NCBI GenBank assembly: GCA_050952625.1
Contig: JBMNLH010000001.1
Coordinates: forward strand, 864,001-928,000
Origin: Bacillota bacterium
GTDB lineage: Bacteria > Bacillota > Ch66 > Ch109
DNA: 64,000 nucleotides
Reading direction: 5' to 3'
Below the pieces are notes generated by a model. It was not told the DNA's origin and made no database searches. It saw only the letters and a program-made list of their open reading frames with translations. The position numbers were made by a program, and so were the translations under genes. This document shows, in pieces, positions 41,961-53,454 of this stretch; within the stretch, counting starts at the first letter, position 1, and each line of letters starts with the position of its first letter.

Positions 41961-41982
41961 CAGGAGGAAAGGGGGAATCTAA

Positions 41983-43014
41983 GTGTCAGAAAAAACAAAA
42001 GCCCTGGAGGTAGCCCTCATTTCTATTGAACGACAGTTTGGCAAGGGATCAATCATGAAATTGGGCGAAGCCTCAAAATTAAATGTTGAGACTATTTCTA
42101 CCGGATCTTTGTCATTAGATCAAGCTTTAGGGGTAGGCGGGGTTCCACGAGGCCGAGTGGTTGAAATATTTGGGCCTGAGTCCTCGGGTAAGACTACCGT
42201 GGCTCTACATATTGTGGCGGAGGCTCAAAAAACAGGAGGTTTAGCTGCTTTTATAGACGCCGAACATGCCCTGGATCCGATATACGCGAAAAGGCTAGGT
42301 GTAGATATTGAAAACCTGCTTGTTTCTCAACCAGATACCGGGGAGCAGGCTCTGGAGATAGCGGAAGCTTTAGTCCGTAGTGGAGCGATTGATGTCGTAG
42401 TAGTGGATTCTGTGGCGGCTCTAGTTCCCCGGGCGGAATTAGAGGGAGAAATGGGCGATGCTCATGTTGGTCTTCAGGCGCGATTAATGTCCCAGGCTTT
42501 ACGTAAGCTAACCGGGGCCATCGCTAAATCACGTACCTGTGCTATTTTTATCAATCAGTTGCGAGAAAAAGTAGGCATTATGTTTGGCTCGCCGGAGACT
42601 ACTCCTGGTGGTCGGGCTTTGAAGTTCTACGCCTCTGTCCGTTTGGAAGTAAGACGGATTGAGACTATTAAGCAAGGTTCAGATATGGTTGGGAGTCGGA
42701 CCCGAGTCAAAGTGGTAAAAAATAAGGTGGCTCCACCGTTTAAGCAGGCCGAATTTGATATCATGTATGGCGAAGGGATCTCTCGGTTTGGGGATCTAAT
42801 AGATATTGGAGTTGAGAAAAACGAAATTAATAAAAGTGGAGCTTGGTATTCATATAAGGGTGAACGGTTAGGCCAAGGAAGAGAAAATGCCAAAGATTTC
42901 CTGCGAGAGCACCCGGAAATAGCTAAAGAAATTGAGGACCGAATTAGAGAAATCTTAAATGGTAAGAATGAAAAATTAACAACCGCGGAGCCGGCACAAG
43001 TACAGGAGAACTAA
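41983..43014 (+). CDS. recA: Recombinase RecA
   Basis: [17 protein letters not shown] and [10 protein letters not shown] motifs. Confidence 0.99.
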   Translation: MSEKTKALEVALISIERQFGKGSIMKLGEASKLNVETISTGSLSLDQALGVGGVPRGRVVEIFGPESSGKTTVALHIVAEAQKTGGLAAFIDAEHALDPIYAKRLGVDIENLLVSQPDTGEQALEIAEALVRSGAIDVVVVDSVAALVPRAELEGEMGDAHVGLQARLMSQALRKLTGAIAKSRTCAIFINQLREKVGIMFGSPETTPGGRALKFYASVRLEVRRIETIKQGSDMVGSRTRVKVVKNKVAPPFKQAEFDIMYGEGISRFGDLIDIGVEKNEINKSGAWYSYKGERLGQGRENAKDFLREHPEIAKEIEDRIREILNGKNEKLTTAEPAQVQEN

Positions 43015-43021
43015 GTTCAGC

Positions 43022-43050
43022 TTGACAGATATTACAATACAGTCTAAAAT
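43022..43050 (+). promoter_or_regulatory. SigA promoter of rny
   Basis: TTGACA-N17-TAAAAT. Confidence 0.75.
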
Positions 43051-43288
43051 ATTTTTCGAGATTACGAGGGTTGGAAAGCTATCACCGCTTAGCCGGTTTC
43101 TTATAATTTAGTAAAAAACAGCAGTGGTTTTTTATTTGTAAAATATAAGAACAAGGTAAGTAATTGCTATGCCTGTTTTAGTTTTTAACAGGTGAAGTGA
43201 TAAGTTTTCTGATGACCGAGTGTTTGCTCGGTTTCCTTTTTCTCATGGCTTTTTTCATTTTTTAATCTTATTCAAGGAGGTGAAGACA

Positions 43289-44830
43289 ATTTCTCAAACT
43301 GAGTTTTACCTGATTGGTCTGGTAGCCTTGATTGTCGGTGGAGCACTCGGTTATTTAGCTCGTAAAATGATAGCCGAAGCCAAGATTAGTTCAGCTGAAC
43401 ATGAGGCCAAAAGGATCGTGGAGGAAGCTGAAAAGGATGCTGAGGCTAGAAAACGAGAAGCGTTGCTCGAGGCGAAGGAGGAAGTTCATCAACTCCGAAA
43501 TGAGGTAGAGAAAGAAAACCGCGACCGTCGAAATGAGCTACAGCGAATGGAGAGAAGATTACTCCAAAAAGAAGAGACTTTGGATCGAAAGACAGAAGTA
43601 ATTGAACGGAAAGAAGAAGTTCTACAAAAAAAAGAAGTTGAACTTGAATCAATCCGTGAAGAGATTGAGCGAATTCAACAAAAACAATTTGCCGAGTTAG
43701 AACGACTATCCGGGCTGTCTTGGGATGAAGCTCGTCAGCTGCTTCTAGATACTGTCCAGGAAGAGATTAAAGTTGAAACAGCGATGTTGGTCAAAGAGTT
43801 AGAGGCTAAGGCTCGAGAAGAGGCAGAGAAGAAATCGCGAGAGATTATTAGTCTGGCGATCCAACGATGCGCCGCTGATGTAGTGGCTGAGACTACTGTT
43901 TCAGTAGTTGCCCTGCCTAATGATGAAATGAAAGGACGGATTATTGGGCGCGAAGGGCGCAATATCCGGACGCTGGAGACTTTGACTGGGGTTGATCTGA
44001 TCATAGATGATACTCCTGAGGCAGTTATTCTCTCTGGCTTTGATTCCATTCGACGTGAAATTGCCAGAATTGCCTTGGAGAAATTAATTATTGATGGTCG
44101 CATTCATCCAGCTAGAATTGAAGAAATGGTAGAGAAGGCCCAACGCGAGGTAGAACAGAAAATATGGGAAGAAGGAGAACAGGCAAGCTTTGAAGTAGGG
44201 GTTCACAATTTACACCCCGAGTTAATTAAACTGCTTGGCCGTCTTAAGTACCGTACTAGTTATGGTCAAAATGTGTTCAAGCATTCTATTGAAGTAGCTC
44301 AACTGGCCGCAGCGATGGCATCTGAACTTGGAGCGGATGTTCAGCTGGCTAAAAGAGCAGGCCTTCTCCATGATATTGGTAAAGCAATTGATCATGAAGT
44401 GTCAGGTCCTCACGTAAACATTGGGGGAGACCTGGCTAAAAAGTATCGAGAAAGCCCTGAAGTTATTCATGCAATTATGGCCCACCATGGTGATATTGAA
44501 CCTCAAACTATTGAGGCAGTTTTGGTTCAAGCAGCTGATGCAATTTCGGCAGCACGACCGGGGGCTCGACGGGAAACCTTAGAGGCCTATATTAAACGTC
44601 TGGAAAAACTAGAACAAATAGCAGATTCTTTTGAAGGAGTGGAAAAATCTTTTGCCATACAGGCGGGTCGTGAGATCCGAATTATGGTAAAACCTGAGAA
44701 GATAGATGACGCTAAGTCAGTTCTAATTACCCGAGAGATCGTTAAGCGAATAGAAAATGAGTTAGAATACCCGGGGCAGATCAAGGTTGTGGTTATTCGA
44801 GAGACCCGCGTGGTCGATTATGCTAAGTAA
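43289..44830 (+). CDS. rny: Ribonuclease Y (probable ATT start)
   Basis: TM anchor, coiled coil, KH domain ([14 protein letters not shown]) and HD domain (LLHDIGK); SD AAGGAGGTGA lies 5 nt before the in-frame ATT at 43289. Confidence 0.97.
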   Translation: MSQTEFYLIGLVALIVGGALGYLARKMIAEAKISSAEHEAKRIVEEAEKDAEARKREALLEAKEEVHQLRNEVEKENRDRRNELQRMERRLLQKEETLDRKTEVIERKEEVLQKKEVELESIREEIERIQQKQFAELERLSGLSWDEARQLLLDTVQEEIKVETAMLVKELEAKAREEAEKKSREIISLAIQRCAADVVAETTVSVVALPNDEMKGRIIGREGRNIRTLETLTGVDLIIDDTPEAVILSGFDSIRREIARIALEKLIIDGRIHPARIEEMVEKAQREVEQKIWEEGEQASFEVGVHNLHPELIKLLGRLKYRTSYGQNVFKHSIEVAQLAAAMASELGADVQLAKRAGLLHDIGKAIDHEVSGPHVNIGGDLAKKYRESPEVIHAIMAHHGDIEPQTIEAVLVQAADAISAARPGARRETLEAYIKRLEKLEQIADSFEGVEKSFAIQAGREIRIMVKPEKIDDAKSVLITREIVKRIENELEYPGQIKVVVIRETRVVDYAK

Positions 44831-45086
44831 AATAACAAACAGGCATAATAAAACGTATCATAATCCTACTAGTTTTTATTTGAACAGCATGATAAAGCCT
44901 AAAGAATGACAACTGCCTAACAACCATTAAATAAAGAAGATAAGTTGATCGAGTAGGCAGGGTTTTTACCGCCTACTCGATTAGTATTTTTGATTCTTGT
45001 GAATTACATTCATAAATATTGCCTGGGTCATTAATTTACGGATATTTACCAGTATAAAAATGCATAGGGAATATAACCATTAAAGA

Positions 45087-45111
45087 AGGAATTTGTAGAG
45101 AAGTCGCGAAC
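45087..45111 (+). promoter_or_regulatory. SigH-type promoter
   Basis: gaAGGAattt...cgcGAAc with a 17-nt spacer. Confidence 0.6.
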
Positions 45112-45120
45112 ATTATACAG

Positions 45121-45341
45121 AATAGACCTCCATGCTGCTTGACAGCACGAACATGAAAAATTATGAGCGCGCCGTTTTTTACGAAGGTCAGCGATTGGCG
45201 TTTAAATTATTCTTAGTCTAGCCTGCTGATCTGAGTTATAACACAAGCCTAACCTATTGTCAAAATAGGCTGCTGGGTGTAACTAGCCTTAGAAAAGACT
45301 GAACCTTAATGAATCGGTGCAGGGCTGAAAGGATGGACAAC
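45121..45341 (+). ncRNA. Candidate structured RNA / long leader
   Basis: Four consecutive stem-loop domains (see findings). Confidence 0.5.
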
Positions 45342-45857
45342 ATGTTGGCCAGGCGTAAAGAATCTCGGGTTTCACCCGACAGTATCGACTTTTTTGTTTC
45401 AATAATGCTACGCTACCCAGAAATTGCAACCATAAAGTATGATCCGGCTAGATGTCGAGTAAAATTTACATTTATTGTATCAGGGGTTGTATCGGCACAA
45501 GATCGTAATAATTGGGCTGATACTTTGCTAAAAACACTTGATGCCTATTATCACCTGGAAAATAAAAAAATAGCAGAGATAGGGATAGAAAATACTACTT
45601 GCGACCAAATAACCCTGATAGAGATTAGCCGTGATGTACAAACTCTTTGTGTTAATGAAATTGGTATTATAGTAAATCTTTTTAAAGATCGTTTTGCTCA
45701 AGATGCCATAGTTGACTCTTATGGACTTGCCGGGGAAGATCTTTTGTTTCGTGATGAGATGATCCGGCATACCCTAGAGAACTTAAAACATGCTCAACTT
45801 GAAAAGAAATTAATAGCACTTCGTGAAGAAGGCCGAGTACTGGTATTCAACAAATAG
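45342..45857 (+). CDS. Conserved-looking clostridial hypothetical protein
   Basis: SD AAAGGATGG before ATG 45342; SIMLRYPEI...LIALREEGRVLVFNK; lies between rny and ymdB. Confidence 0.8.
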   Translation: MLARRKESRVSPDSIDFFVSIMLRYPEIATIKYDPARCRVKFTFIVSGVVSAQDRNNWADTLLKTLDAYYHLENKKIAEIGIENTTCDQITLIEISRDVQTLCVNEIGIIVNLFKDRFAQDAIVDSYGLAGEDLLFRDEMIRHTLENLKHAQLEKKLIALREEGRVLVFNK

Positions 45858-45873
45858 GTCGGAGGAAAATTAG

Positions 45874-46656
45874 TTGAATATTATAATGATCGGTGATATC
45901 GTAGGTCGTCCAGGACGGCGAATAATCAAGGAATTATTACCTAGTCTGGTTACCGAATTTCAAATCGATTTAGTAATCGCCAATGGCGAAAATGCTGCTG
46001 GAGGTAACGGCATAACCCCGGATTTAGCAGAAGAATTATACGAAGCAGGGATTGACGTTCTGACAATGGGCAACCATGTCTGGGACAAGAAAGAAATATT
46101 ACCGTATTTTCAGTTGGAAAAAAGAATTATTCGTCCAGCCAATTATCCTCCGGGTACTCCAGGTAAGGGTTCAATTATTTTTCCGGTAACCCGCAATGTA
46201 AAAGTGGGGATAATTAATCTTTCTGGTCGGGTTTTTTTAGATAATTTAGAATGTCCTTTTCGTTTGGCTGATGCATTAGTAGAAGATATTAAGCACCACA
46301 CACCAGTAATTTTAGTTGATTTTCACGCTGAGGCAACTTCAGAAAAGCAAGCCATGGGCTGGTATCTAGATGGACGGGTTACAGCGGTTTTGGGCACCCA
46401 TACTCATGTTCAGACTGCTGATGAGAGATTGCTTCCTGAAGGTACTGCCTATATTACCGATGTCGGGATGACCGGACCTCGAGATTCGGTGCTTGGAGTT
46501 AAAAGTGAAATCATTATAAAGAAGTTTCTTACTCATCTTCCAACCCGTTTTGAGATAGCTAGCGGCACGGCACAGTTAAATGCAGTGGTGCTTGGGGTAA
46601 ATTTGGCTAATGGAAAGGCTTACTCAATTAAAAGAGTTCAACGTTTTTTAGATTAA
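45874..46656 (+). CDS. ymdB: YmdB family metallophosphoesterase
   Basis: GDIVGRPGR, NGENAAGG, DFHAEATSEK and GTHTHVQTAD motifs. Confidence 0.96.
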   Translation: MNIIMIGDIVGRPGRRIIKELLPSLVTEFQIDLVIANGENAAGGNGITPDLAEELYEAGIDVLTMGNHVWDKKEILPYFQLEKRIIRPANYPPGTPGKGSIIFPVTRNVKVGIINLSGRVFLDNLECPFRLADALVEDIKHHTPVILVDFHAEATSEKQAMGWYLDGRVTAVLGTHTHVQTADERLLPEGTAYITDVGMTGPRDSVLGVKSEIIIKKFLTHLPTRFEIASGTAQLNAVVLGVNLANGKAYSIKRVQRFLD

Positions 46657-46840
46657 CAATTTATTAAATATTATTAAATATTATTAAATGCGTAGAAGTG
46701 GTCTGGGAGTAGCTGTTTTCTAGGAACAAGGGCGACTCCTTTATTTACTTTTGTTAAGCATTACGGGAAATAAACTAAGTATCTAATCGCAATTGTCCAA
46801 ATCTTTTAAAAAAAATATCAAGTCTGTAAGGTTTGGCAGA

Positions 46841-46866
46841 AGGATTTTTCAGTTTCAGATAGAATA
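46841..46866 (+). promoter_or_regulatory. SigH-type promoter of spoVS
   Basis: gaAGGAttttt...taGAATat; spoVS is SigH-dependent in Bacillus. Confidence 0.7.
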
Positions 46867-46933
46867 TGATTAATTAGGAATTTATTAACTGCAGATTAGA
46901 ATACACAAAAACAAGGTCCAAGGAGGTCAAAAT

Positions 46934-47197
46934 TTGATGGAAGTACTAAAGGTTTCAGCCAAATCTAGTCCAAATTCAGTAGCCGGTGCCTTGGCTGGGG
47001 TACTCCGGGAACGTGGAACCGCAGAAATACAAGCCGTAGGAGCCGGTGCTCTTAATCAGGCTGTTAAAGCAGTAGCGATTGCCAGAGGTTTCGTGGCCCC
47101 TAGCGGAGTGGACCTCGTTTGTATTCCGGCTTTCACAGATATTCAAATTGATGGACAGGAAAGGACCGCCATCAAATTAATTGTGGAACCCAGATAA
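46934..47197 (+). CDS. spoVS: Stage V sporulation protein S
   Basis: LKVSAKSSPNSVAGALAG and GAGALNQAVKAVAIARGF. Confidence 0.98.
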   Translation: MMEVLKVSAKSSPNSVAGALAGVLRERGTAEIQAVGAGALNQAVKAVAIARGFVAPSGVDLVCIPAFTDIQIDGQERTAIKLIVEPR

Positions 47198-47325
47198 AAC
47201 CTAGATAAATTAAAATATTGTTTATTATTTCTTTTCGGTACATCAATAGGATTGATCCAGGGGTGATATAAGCCCCTGGACTTTGTTTTAACTAATGTAA
47301 TTTGGGAAAGGCGGTTAGAATACAT

Positions 47326-48285
47326 TTGACGAATAAACGTGCCATCTCTCATATTATTGTTGATGCGCATTGTGATACCCTTAGCTTGGCTACCAAACTT
47401 CAAGGTGATTTACTCAGTCTGCCTCCTCCAGCTCAAGTAGATTTCACTCGCTTGTTAGAGGCTAAGGTTAATCTTCAGTTTTTTGCTTCTTTTGTTGATC
47501 TGAAAAATCCACCTGCTTTAAGGCAATATCTACACCAAATTGAATTTTTTCTCCAACAAGTTGAAAAATATAAAGGAGTTGTTCACCTAGTTCGCAGAGC
47601 TGCTGATATTGATCAAGCTATAAAAACCGGACGTTTGGCTGTGCTCCTTTCAATTGAAGGTGGTGAGGCACTGGAGGGCGACCTAGGAATACTACAGTTA
47701 TACTGGCGCTTAGGGGTGCGGAGTCTGGGTTTGACCTGGAACTACCGTAACTCTTTAGCAGATGGGGTCGGAGAAGAAGGAACCAAAGGAGGGTTGACTA
47801 AGTTTGGCCGCTTAGTTGTTAAGGAAATGAATCGCCTAGGCATGTTAATCGATCTTGCTCACATGTCTGAGGCCGGCTTTTGGGAAGTCATTGAACTCAG
47901 CGATAGTCCAGTTATCGTTTCCCATGCGAACTGTCGAAAATTACAGGATCATCCGCGGAATCTAACAGATGCTCAGCTAAAAGGCTTAGCTCAAAAAAAG
48001 GGGGTGCTAGGGATAACCTTGGTTAATCAGTTTCTTGGTCCGGGAAAACCGGGAGTTGAGGCGGTTCTTGACCATATAGAGCACGCTGTAGAAGTAATGG
48101 GCTTTGAACATGTTGGGATAGGAACCGATTTTGATGGGGTTGATGAACCGGTCAGAGGTTTAGAAAATGCAAGTTGTTGGCCGTTTTTAATACAGAAAAT
48201 GCAACAACGCGGTTTTCCTGAGAACATGATTGAGCATGTTTGTGGGAAAAATTATTTACGGGTAATTAGAAGTGTCTTGAAATAG
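47326..48285 (+). CDS. Membrane dipeptidase (peptidase M19)
   Basis: DAHCD, SIEG, DLAH, SHAN and GTDFDG motifs; TTG 47326 follows an SD-like AAGGCGGT. Confidence 0.92.
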   Translation: MTNKRAISHIIVDAHCDTLSLATKLQGDLLSLPPPAQVDFTRLLEAKVNLQFFASFVDLKNPPALRQYLHQIEFFLQQVEKYKGVVHLVRRAADIDQAIKTGRLAVLLSIEGGEALEGDLGILQLYWRLGVRSLGLTWNYRNSLADGVGEEGTKGGLTKFGRLVVKEMNRLGMLIDLAHMSEAGFWEVIELSDSPVIVSHANCRKLQDHPRNLTDAQLKGLAQKKGVLGITLVNQFLGPGKPGVEAVLDHIEHAVEVMGFEHVGIGTDFDGVDEPVRGLENASCWPFLIQKMQQRGFPENMIEHVCGKNYLRVIRSVLK

Positions 48286-48321
48286 AATATTTTTAGAAGG
48301 TTAATTTGAGGTGTAGGTTAA

Positions 48322-49149
48322 TTGGAAGTAGATTTACATATTCATACTACAGCATCCGATGGAACCAGTACTCCGCAGGAAGTGGTAGAAATAGCCGCCC
48401 ATTATGGTCTGAGGGCTATTGCAATTACCGATCATGATGAAGTAGGAGGAATTACTCCAGCTCTTTTGGCTGGACGTTTGACTGGGATCGAGGTAATTCC
48501 GGGGATTGAGATTAATACAGAGTACGAGCAGCGTGAAGTGCATATCCTGGGGTATTTAATAGATTACCATGATCCAAAGTTACTGGCTCAATTAAAAAGA
48601 TTGCAGGATGCTCGTCTAATTCGGATTAGTAAAATCGTTAACGCTTTACGGCAGCTAGGCTTACCCATTGAACTAAGTCGAGTTAAAGAATTGGCCGGAA
48701 ACGGTTCGATCGGACGCCCTCATATTGGAATGGCGATGATTGAACGAGGTTATGTCAAATCTATTCAGGAGGCTTTTCATCGTTTTATTGGTTTTGGGTG
48801 CCCCGCTTATGTCCCGCGGTATAAAATTGGTCCAGAAGAGGTAGTTGAAATGATTCTCGGGGCAAAAGGAGTGCCCATACTAGCTCACCCGGGATTAGTT
48901 AATCGTGATGACCTGATACCAAAACTTGTTAAAGTTGGCTTGCAGGGGTTAGAAGTCTATTACCCAGAACATGAACCTTGGATGGTTGGCAAATATCTTA
49001 AGTTAACCGACAAATATGGTTTGATTGCCACTGGTGGGTCAGATTATCATGGAAATGGAGCAAATTATCGGGCTGACATAGGAACCGTCACGGTTTCTTA
49101 CCGAGTAGTAGATCAATTGAAGGAGTGTCAGCGTTTATATAAGGTTTAA
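48322..49149 (+). CDS. PHP-domain phosphoesterase (TrpH/YciV-like)
   Basis: DLHIHTTASDG, ITDHD, GRPH, LAHP and TGGSDYHG motifs. Confidence 0.93.
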   Translation: MEVDLHIHTTASDGTSTPQEVVEIAAHYGLRAIAITDHDEVGGITPALLAGRLTGIEVIPGIEINTEYEQREVHILGYLIDYHDPKLLAQLKRLQDARLIRISKIVNALRQLGLPIELSRVKELAGNGSIGRPHIGMAMIERGYVKSIQEAFHRFIGFGCPAYVPRYKIGPEEVVEMILGAKGVPILAHPGLVNRDDLIPKLVKVGLQGLEVYYPEHEPWMVGKYLKLTDKYGLIATGGSDYHGNGANYRADIGTVTVSYRVVDQLKECQRLYKV

Positions 49150-49234
49150 GGAACGGAACGCCTTCATATAATAAAATTGAGGTAACTCGCTTATTCATGA
49201 GTGAACTTGATAATAATGAAGGTGGTGTCAGTTC

Positions 49235-49495
49235 TTGCGGGAGAATAATCAGTATGAACTATTGTTAGGTAGAATAAAAGATCTCGAAAAAAAAGTTGAA
49301 CATCTCCGAATAAGCCGTCGTGTACTAATGAGTTTAGTGACTCGTCAAGAGCAGGATAAGGCAGTTCAAATACTTGAACTTCTAGAAGAAAATCGCCGTC
49401 TACGCAGAACTAATAACCGATTTGCTCAAACTTTGTGGTTAAAAAACCAGCAAATTTTAGAGCTAACTATATCTGAAAAACAGGGTAATAGTTAA
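49235..49495 (+). CDS. Small coiled-coil hypothetical protein
   Basis: SD AAGGTGGTG; heptad pattern (LEKKVEHLRISRRVLM); sporulation-type -10 CATATAAT upstream. Confidence 0.75.
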   Translation: MRENNQYELLLGRIKDLEKKVEHLRISRRVLMSLVTRQEQDKAVQILELLEENRRLRRTNNRFAQTLWLKNQQILELTISEKQGNS

Positions 49496-49685
49496 GAATC
49501 AGCTTAATGGTTATAGGACCAACTTCCTTGAAAATTGGGACAATTAGGGGAAGGAATTTATCTGGTAATGTCGAAGATAGAATCATTTAGTAAAGCAGTG
49601 ATTTAGTAAACCAAGTAATAGTATCCTATAATACAAACTTCTCCTAACCGTGGAGTTACCCAAGTTTACGAAAGGAAATGAATTA

Positions 49686-50498
49686 ATGAGGAAAGTTGGT
49701 TCGGTTTTATTAATCTCAATGGCCTTAACCCTTTCTGGAGGGGGGCAGGCTACTAACAATTTAACAAATAGTACCTCATGGATCATGCAATATGCTTCGC
49801 TTGAACAAACAACTGCGGCAGCTGCTACCAATTCAATCCATCAAGGATCTCGTTATGTAGTGAAAAAAGGGGATACACTCTGGGCAATAGCTCGTAGTAA
49901 TTCTACCACCGTAGCAAACCTAAAAAAGATAAACTCCCTTTCTTCGGATTTATTACAGATCGGACAAGTTCTGTATCTGGGAAACACAGGCACTAACATA
50001 AATAATAAGGCGAATACTTCTTCTAAAGAAAAAGTGTTGCCGGCGACAAGGGTTCAAGAAAAAGCCCCAAACACTGAACTAATTAAGGCTAGAGAGGAAG
50101 CAAATAGCCCCAGTCGTGGGGATAACGATCGAATTAATAATCTACTGGTTACCTCTAAGAAGTATTTAGGCACACCTTATGTCTATGGCGGTAAGAGCCC
50201 CAAAGGCTTTGATTGTTCTGGTTTTACCCAGTATGTTTTTAATGAATACGGGATTGAGTTACCTCGTTCGTCTAGAGAGCAGGCTAAGGTTGGGGTTCAG
50301 ATAGCCCGTTCCGAAATTCGTCCGGGAGATTTGTTATTCTTTAATACCCAAAGCGGAAGAGAAATAAGTCATGTTGGTATTTATCTTGGGGGAAACGAGT
50401 TTATTCACGCTAGTCAAAATACCGGGATATCTATTACTCCGTTAAATAAAGGTTACTATGCTAATCGTTTAATCACGATCCGTCGGATATTTCGTTAA
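49686..50498 (+). CDS. LysM + NlpC/P60 peptidoglycan endopeptidase
   Basis: Signal peptide, LysM (YVVKKGDTLWAIA), GFDCSGF and HVGIY; SigH-like AGGA-N17-GAAG near 49552. Confidence 0.93.
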   Translation: MRKVGSVLLISMALTLSGGGQATNNLTNSTSWIMQYASLEQTTAAAATNSIHQGSRYVVKKGDTLWAIARSNSTTVANLKKINSLSSDLLQIGQVLYLGNTGTNINNKANTSSKEKVLPATRVQEKAPNTELIKAREEANSPSRGDNDRINNLLVTSKKYLGTPYVYGGKSPKGFDCSGFTQYVFNEYGIELPRSSREQAKVGVQIARSEIRPGDLLFFNTQSGREISHVGIYLGGNEFIHASQNTGISITPLNKGYYANRLITIRRIFR

Positions 50499-50547
50499 AC
50501 TACTTATAATTTAGGGTCGAATATCATATGATGAAAATTGTTGATTT

Positions 50548-50577
50548 AAGAAGTAGTTGCACTGCTTCTTTTTTTTT
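50548..50577 (+). terminator. Intrinsic terminator
   Basis: AAGAAGTAGT-tgc-ACTGCTTCTT followed by a T-run. Confidence 0.7.
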
Positions 50578-50655
50578 GCTAGTTTTATTTTATATGATTA
50601 AAATTAAATTAATAATATCGGCGAAAGGTGACTGGTTTTTCAGTTCGTGATATAA

Positions 50656-52158
<1,503 letters not shown>

Positions 52159-52239
52159 CATATTAATAATCTCCTTATCTCATAATAGTATAATTCTAAC
52201 TTACAGGTGGAAAACTAAGGAAATAAGGAGGAGAAAGAT

Positions 52240-52764
52240 ATGCTTCGTTTAAAATTCAATCATCTATTGAACCGTAGGATGTTTTTCAGCTGGTGTTCCA
52301 CCAAGTTGCAGAAATTGCTTCAAGCTGAACCCCGAGCGGTCCCAGAAAAACCGGGTCGATTAGCTAACCACCTGGATCGCTTTGGCGGCCGAGCTGTATT
52401 TTTCGTGTTATGCCTGTTATTATTACTTCAGTTTGGGTTTAAGCCGCTTTTTGCTCTCCTAGGAGCAATCGGATTAACTCTTGGCCTTCATCTTAGTCTG
52501 AAAAAAGGAAGACCTAGATTGATTCTGCGACGTTTAAAGCCTAATTCAGCTGGAACTGAGCTAATGGGCGACCAGGTTAAGAAAAGACCGAGACGATGGC
52601 TCAGTCAAGTTTTAACTGGTCTAGTTTTCGTAGGAATTGGCTGGGTGTGGGATGGAGGATGGGGACTATACTTTACGATTATCGGTTTTATCAATCTGAT
52701 ATTAGCGACGGCCTTAATAGTGGGAGAACGTAAGGGTGTAGTGTCAGACGAATCAATAAAGTAG
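52240..52764 (+). CDS. Hypothetical membrane protein (about 4 TM segments), SigF/G-like promoter
   Basis: SD AAGGAGGAG; hydrophobic segments; GTATA-N15-TGGAAAACTA upstream. Confidence 0.75.
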   Translation: MLRLKFNHLLNRRMFFSWCSTKLQKLLQAEPRAVPEKPGRLANHLDRFGGRAVFFVLCLLLLLQFGFKPLFALLGAIGLTLGLHLSLKKGRPRLILRRLKPNSAGTELMGDQVKKRPRRWLSQVLTGLVFVGIGWVWDGGWGLYFTIIGFINLILATALIVGERKGVVSDESIK

Positions 52765-52794
52765 AACAGGAAAACCCCTGTTCTACTTTTTATT
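52755..52794. terminator. Bidirectional terminator between converging genes
   Basis: AAAGTAGAACAGG...CCTGTTCTACTTT flanked by A and T tracts; each arm holds one gene's stop codon. Confidence 0.75.
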
Positions 52795-52986
52795 AGAGGT
52801 ATCTAATTTGTTGAGATCATCCATAAGTTTGTCAATACTGACTCCATGAACTTGAGCACCCTGCTCAATACTCTCAAAGAGTGCTCCCCCTCAGCCGATG
52901 CAGCGGAGTCCGTGCTTAGCAAAAACCTTAAGCGATTCGGGATACTTCTCTACCACGTCCTTAATGATGGTATCTTTACTTATCAA
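52783..52986 (-). CDS. DUF1858-like redox protein with CxxU motif (predicted selenoprotein, 67 aa)
   Basis: Manual translation MISKDTIIKDVVEKYPESLKVFAKHGLRCIG-U-GGALFESIEQGAQVHGVSIDKLMDDLNKLDTSNKK*. SD AAGGGGGTG before TTG; in-frame TGA at 52891-52893; family pattern continues after the TGA. Confidence 0.88.
52854..52886 (-). promoter_or_regulatory. SECIS-like hairpin immediately 3' of the UGA
   Basis: GAGCACUC/GGGUGCUC lower stem, UUUGA/UUGAG upper stem, apical loop GAGUA starting with G. Confidence 0.7.
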
Positions 52987-53115
52987 GCCTACACCCCCTT
53001 TTGCATCCACGTCCATAATTTGGATAAACAAATAGTTTTCTGGTTACAAATCTATTATAATCCAAGTGAGGTAGAAATGCCAGGGGATCGACTCCCCCGG
53101 CTAGGTGCAAAACTA

Positions 53116-53304
53116 TCATTGGAGAGTAGGATTAGAAGCCTGAAGAGTTCTTTCGGCTCGTTCGATGGCCATTTTTACCAGGTTGCCGCACTGTCGGGAA
53201 GGGACTCCGCCCCAGCCTTCGGTTCGGACAATCTGATCGACTCCCAGTTCTTGGGCCAGCTCGTACTTAAGCGCGTCAGACATAACTCCACGCCTTCTCG
53301 CCAT
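53116..53304 (-). CDS. sspF: Small acid-soluble spore protein, SspF-like
   Basis: MARRRGVMSDALKYELAQELG...WGGVPSRQCGNLVKMAIERAE; SD AAAGGAGG. Confidence 0.9.
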   Translation of the reverse strand: MARRRGVMSDALKYELAQELGVDQIVRTEGWGGVPSRQCGNLVKMAIERAERTLQASNPTLQ

Positions 53305-53454
53305 GGTCCAGCCTCCTTTTGAAATTTTGCACCTACTAATATTGTTAACCGGCAGATAAAAGATATGTCTGGAGAACAAAGGTGTTCCTGGAAGTTTAGG
53401 AGTTGAAAGGCTCACGGAATTATGCGAAACTATCACCAGGGAGGAATGGGGAAA

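Noticed and set aside
43015-43219. recX remnant after recA
   Set aside because: No RecX-like reading frame is visible; the space is explained by the rny promoter and leader.
46661-46689. TTATTAAATA repeated three times
   Set aside because: Simple AT-rich slippage repeat with no spacers; not CRISPR-like.
52846-53322. 158-aa + strand ORF in the track
   Set aside because: It is the antisense shadow of sspF and the selenoprotein gene, with no SD and no recognisable domain.
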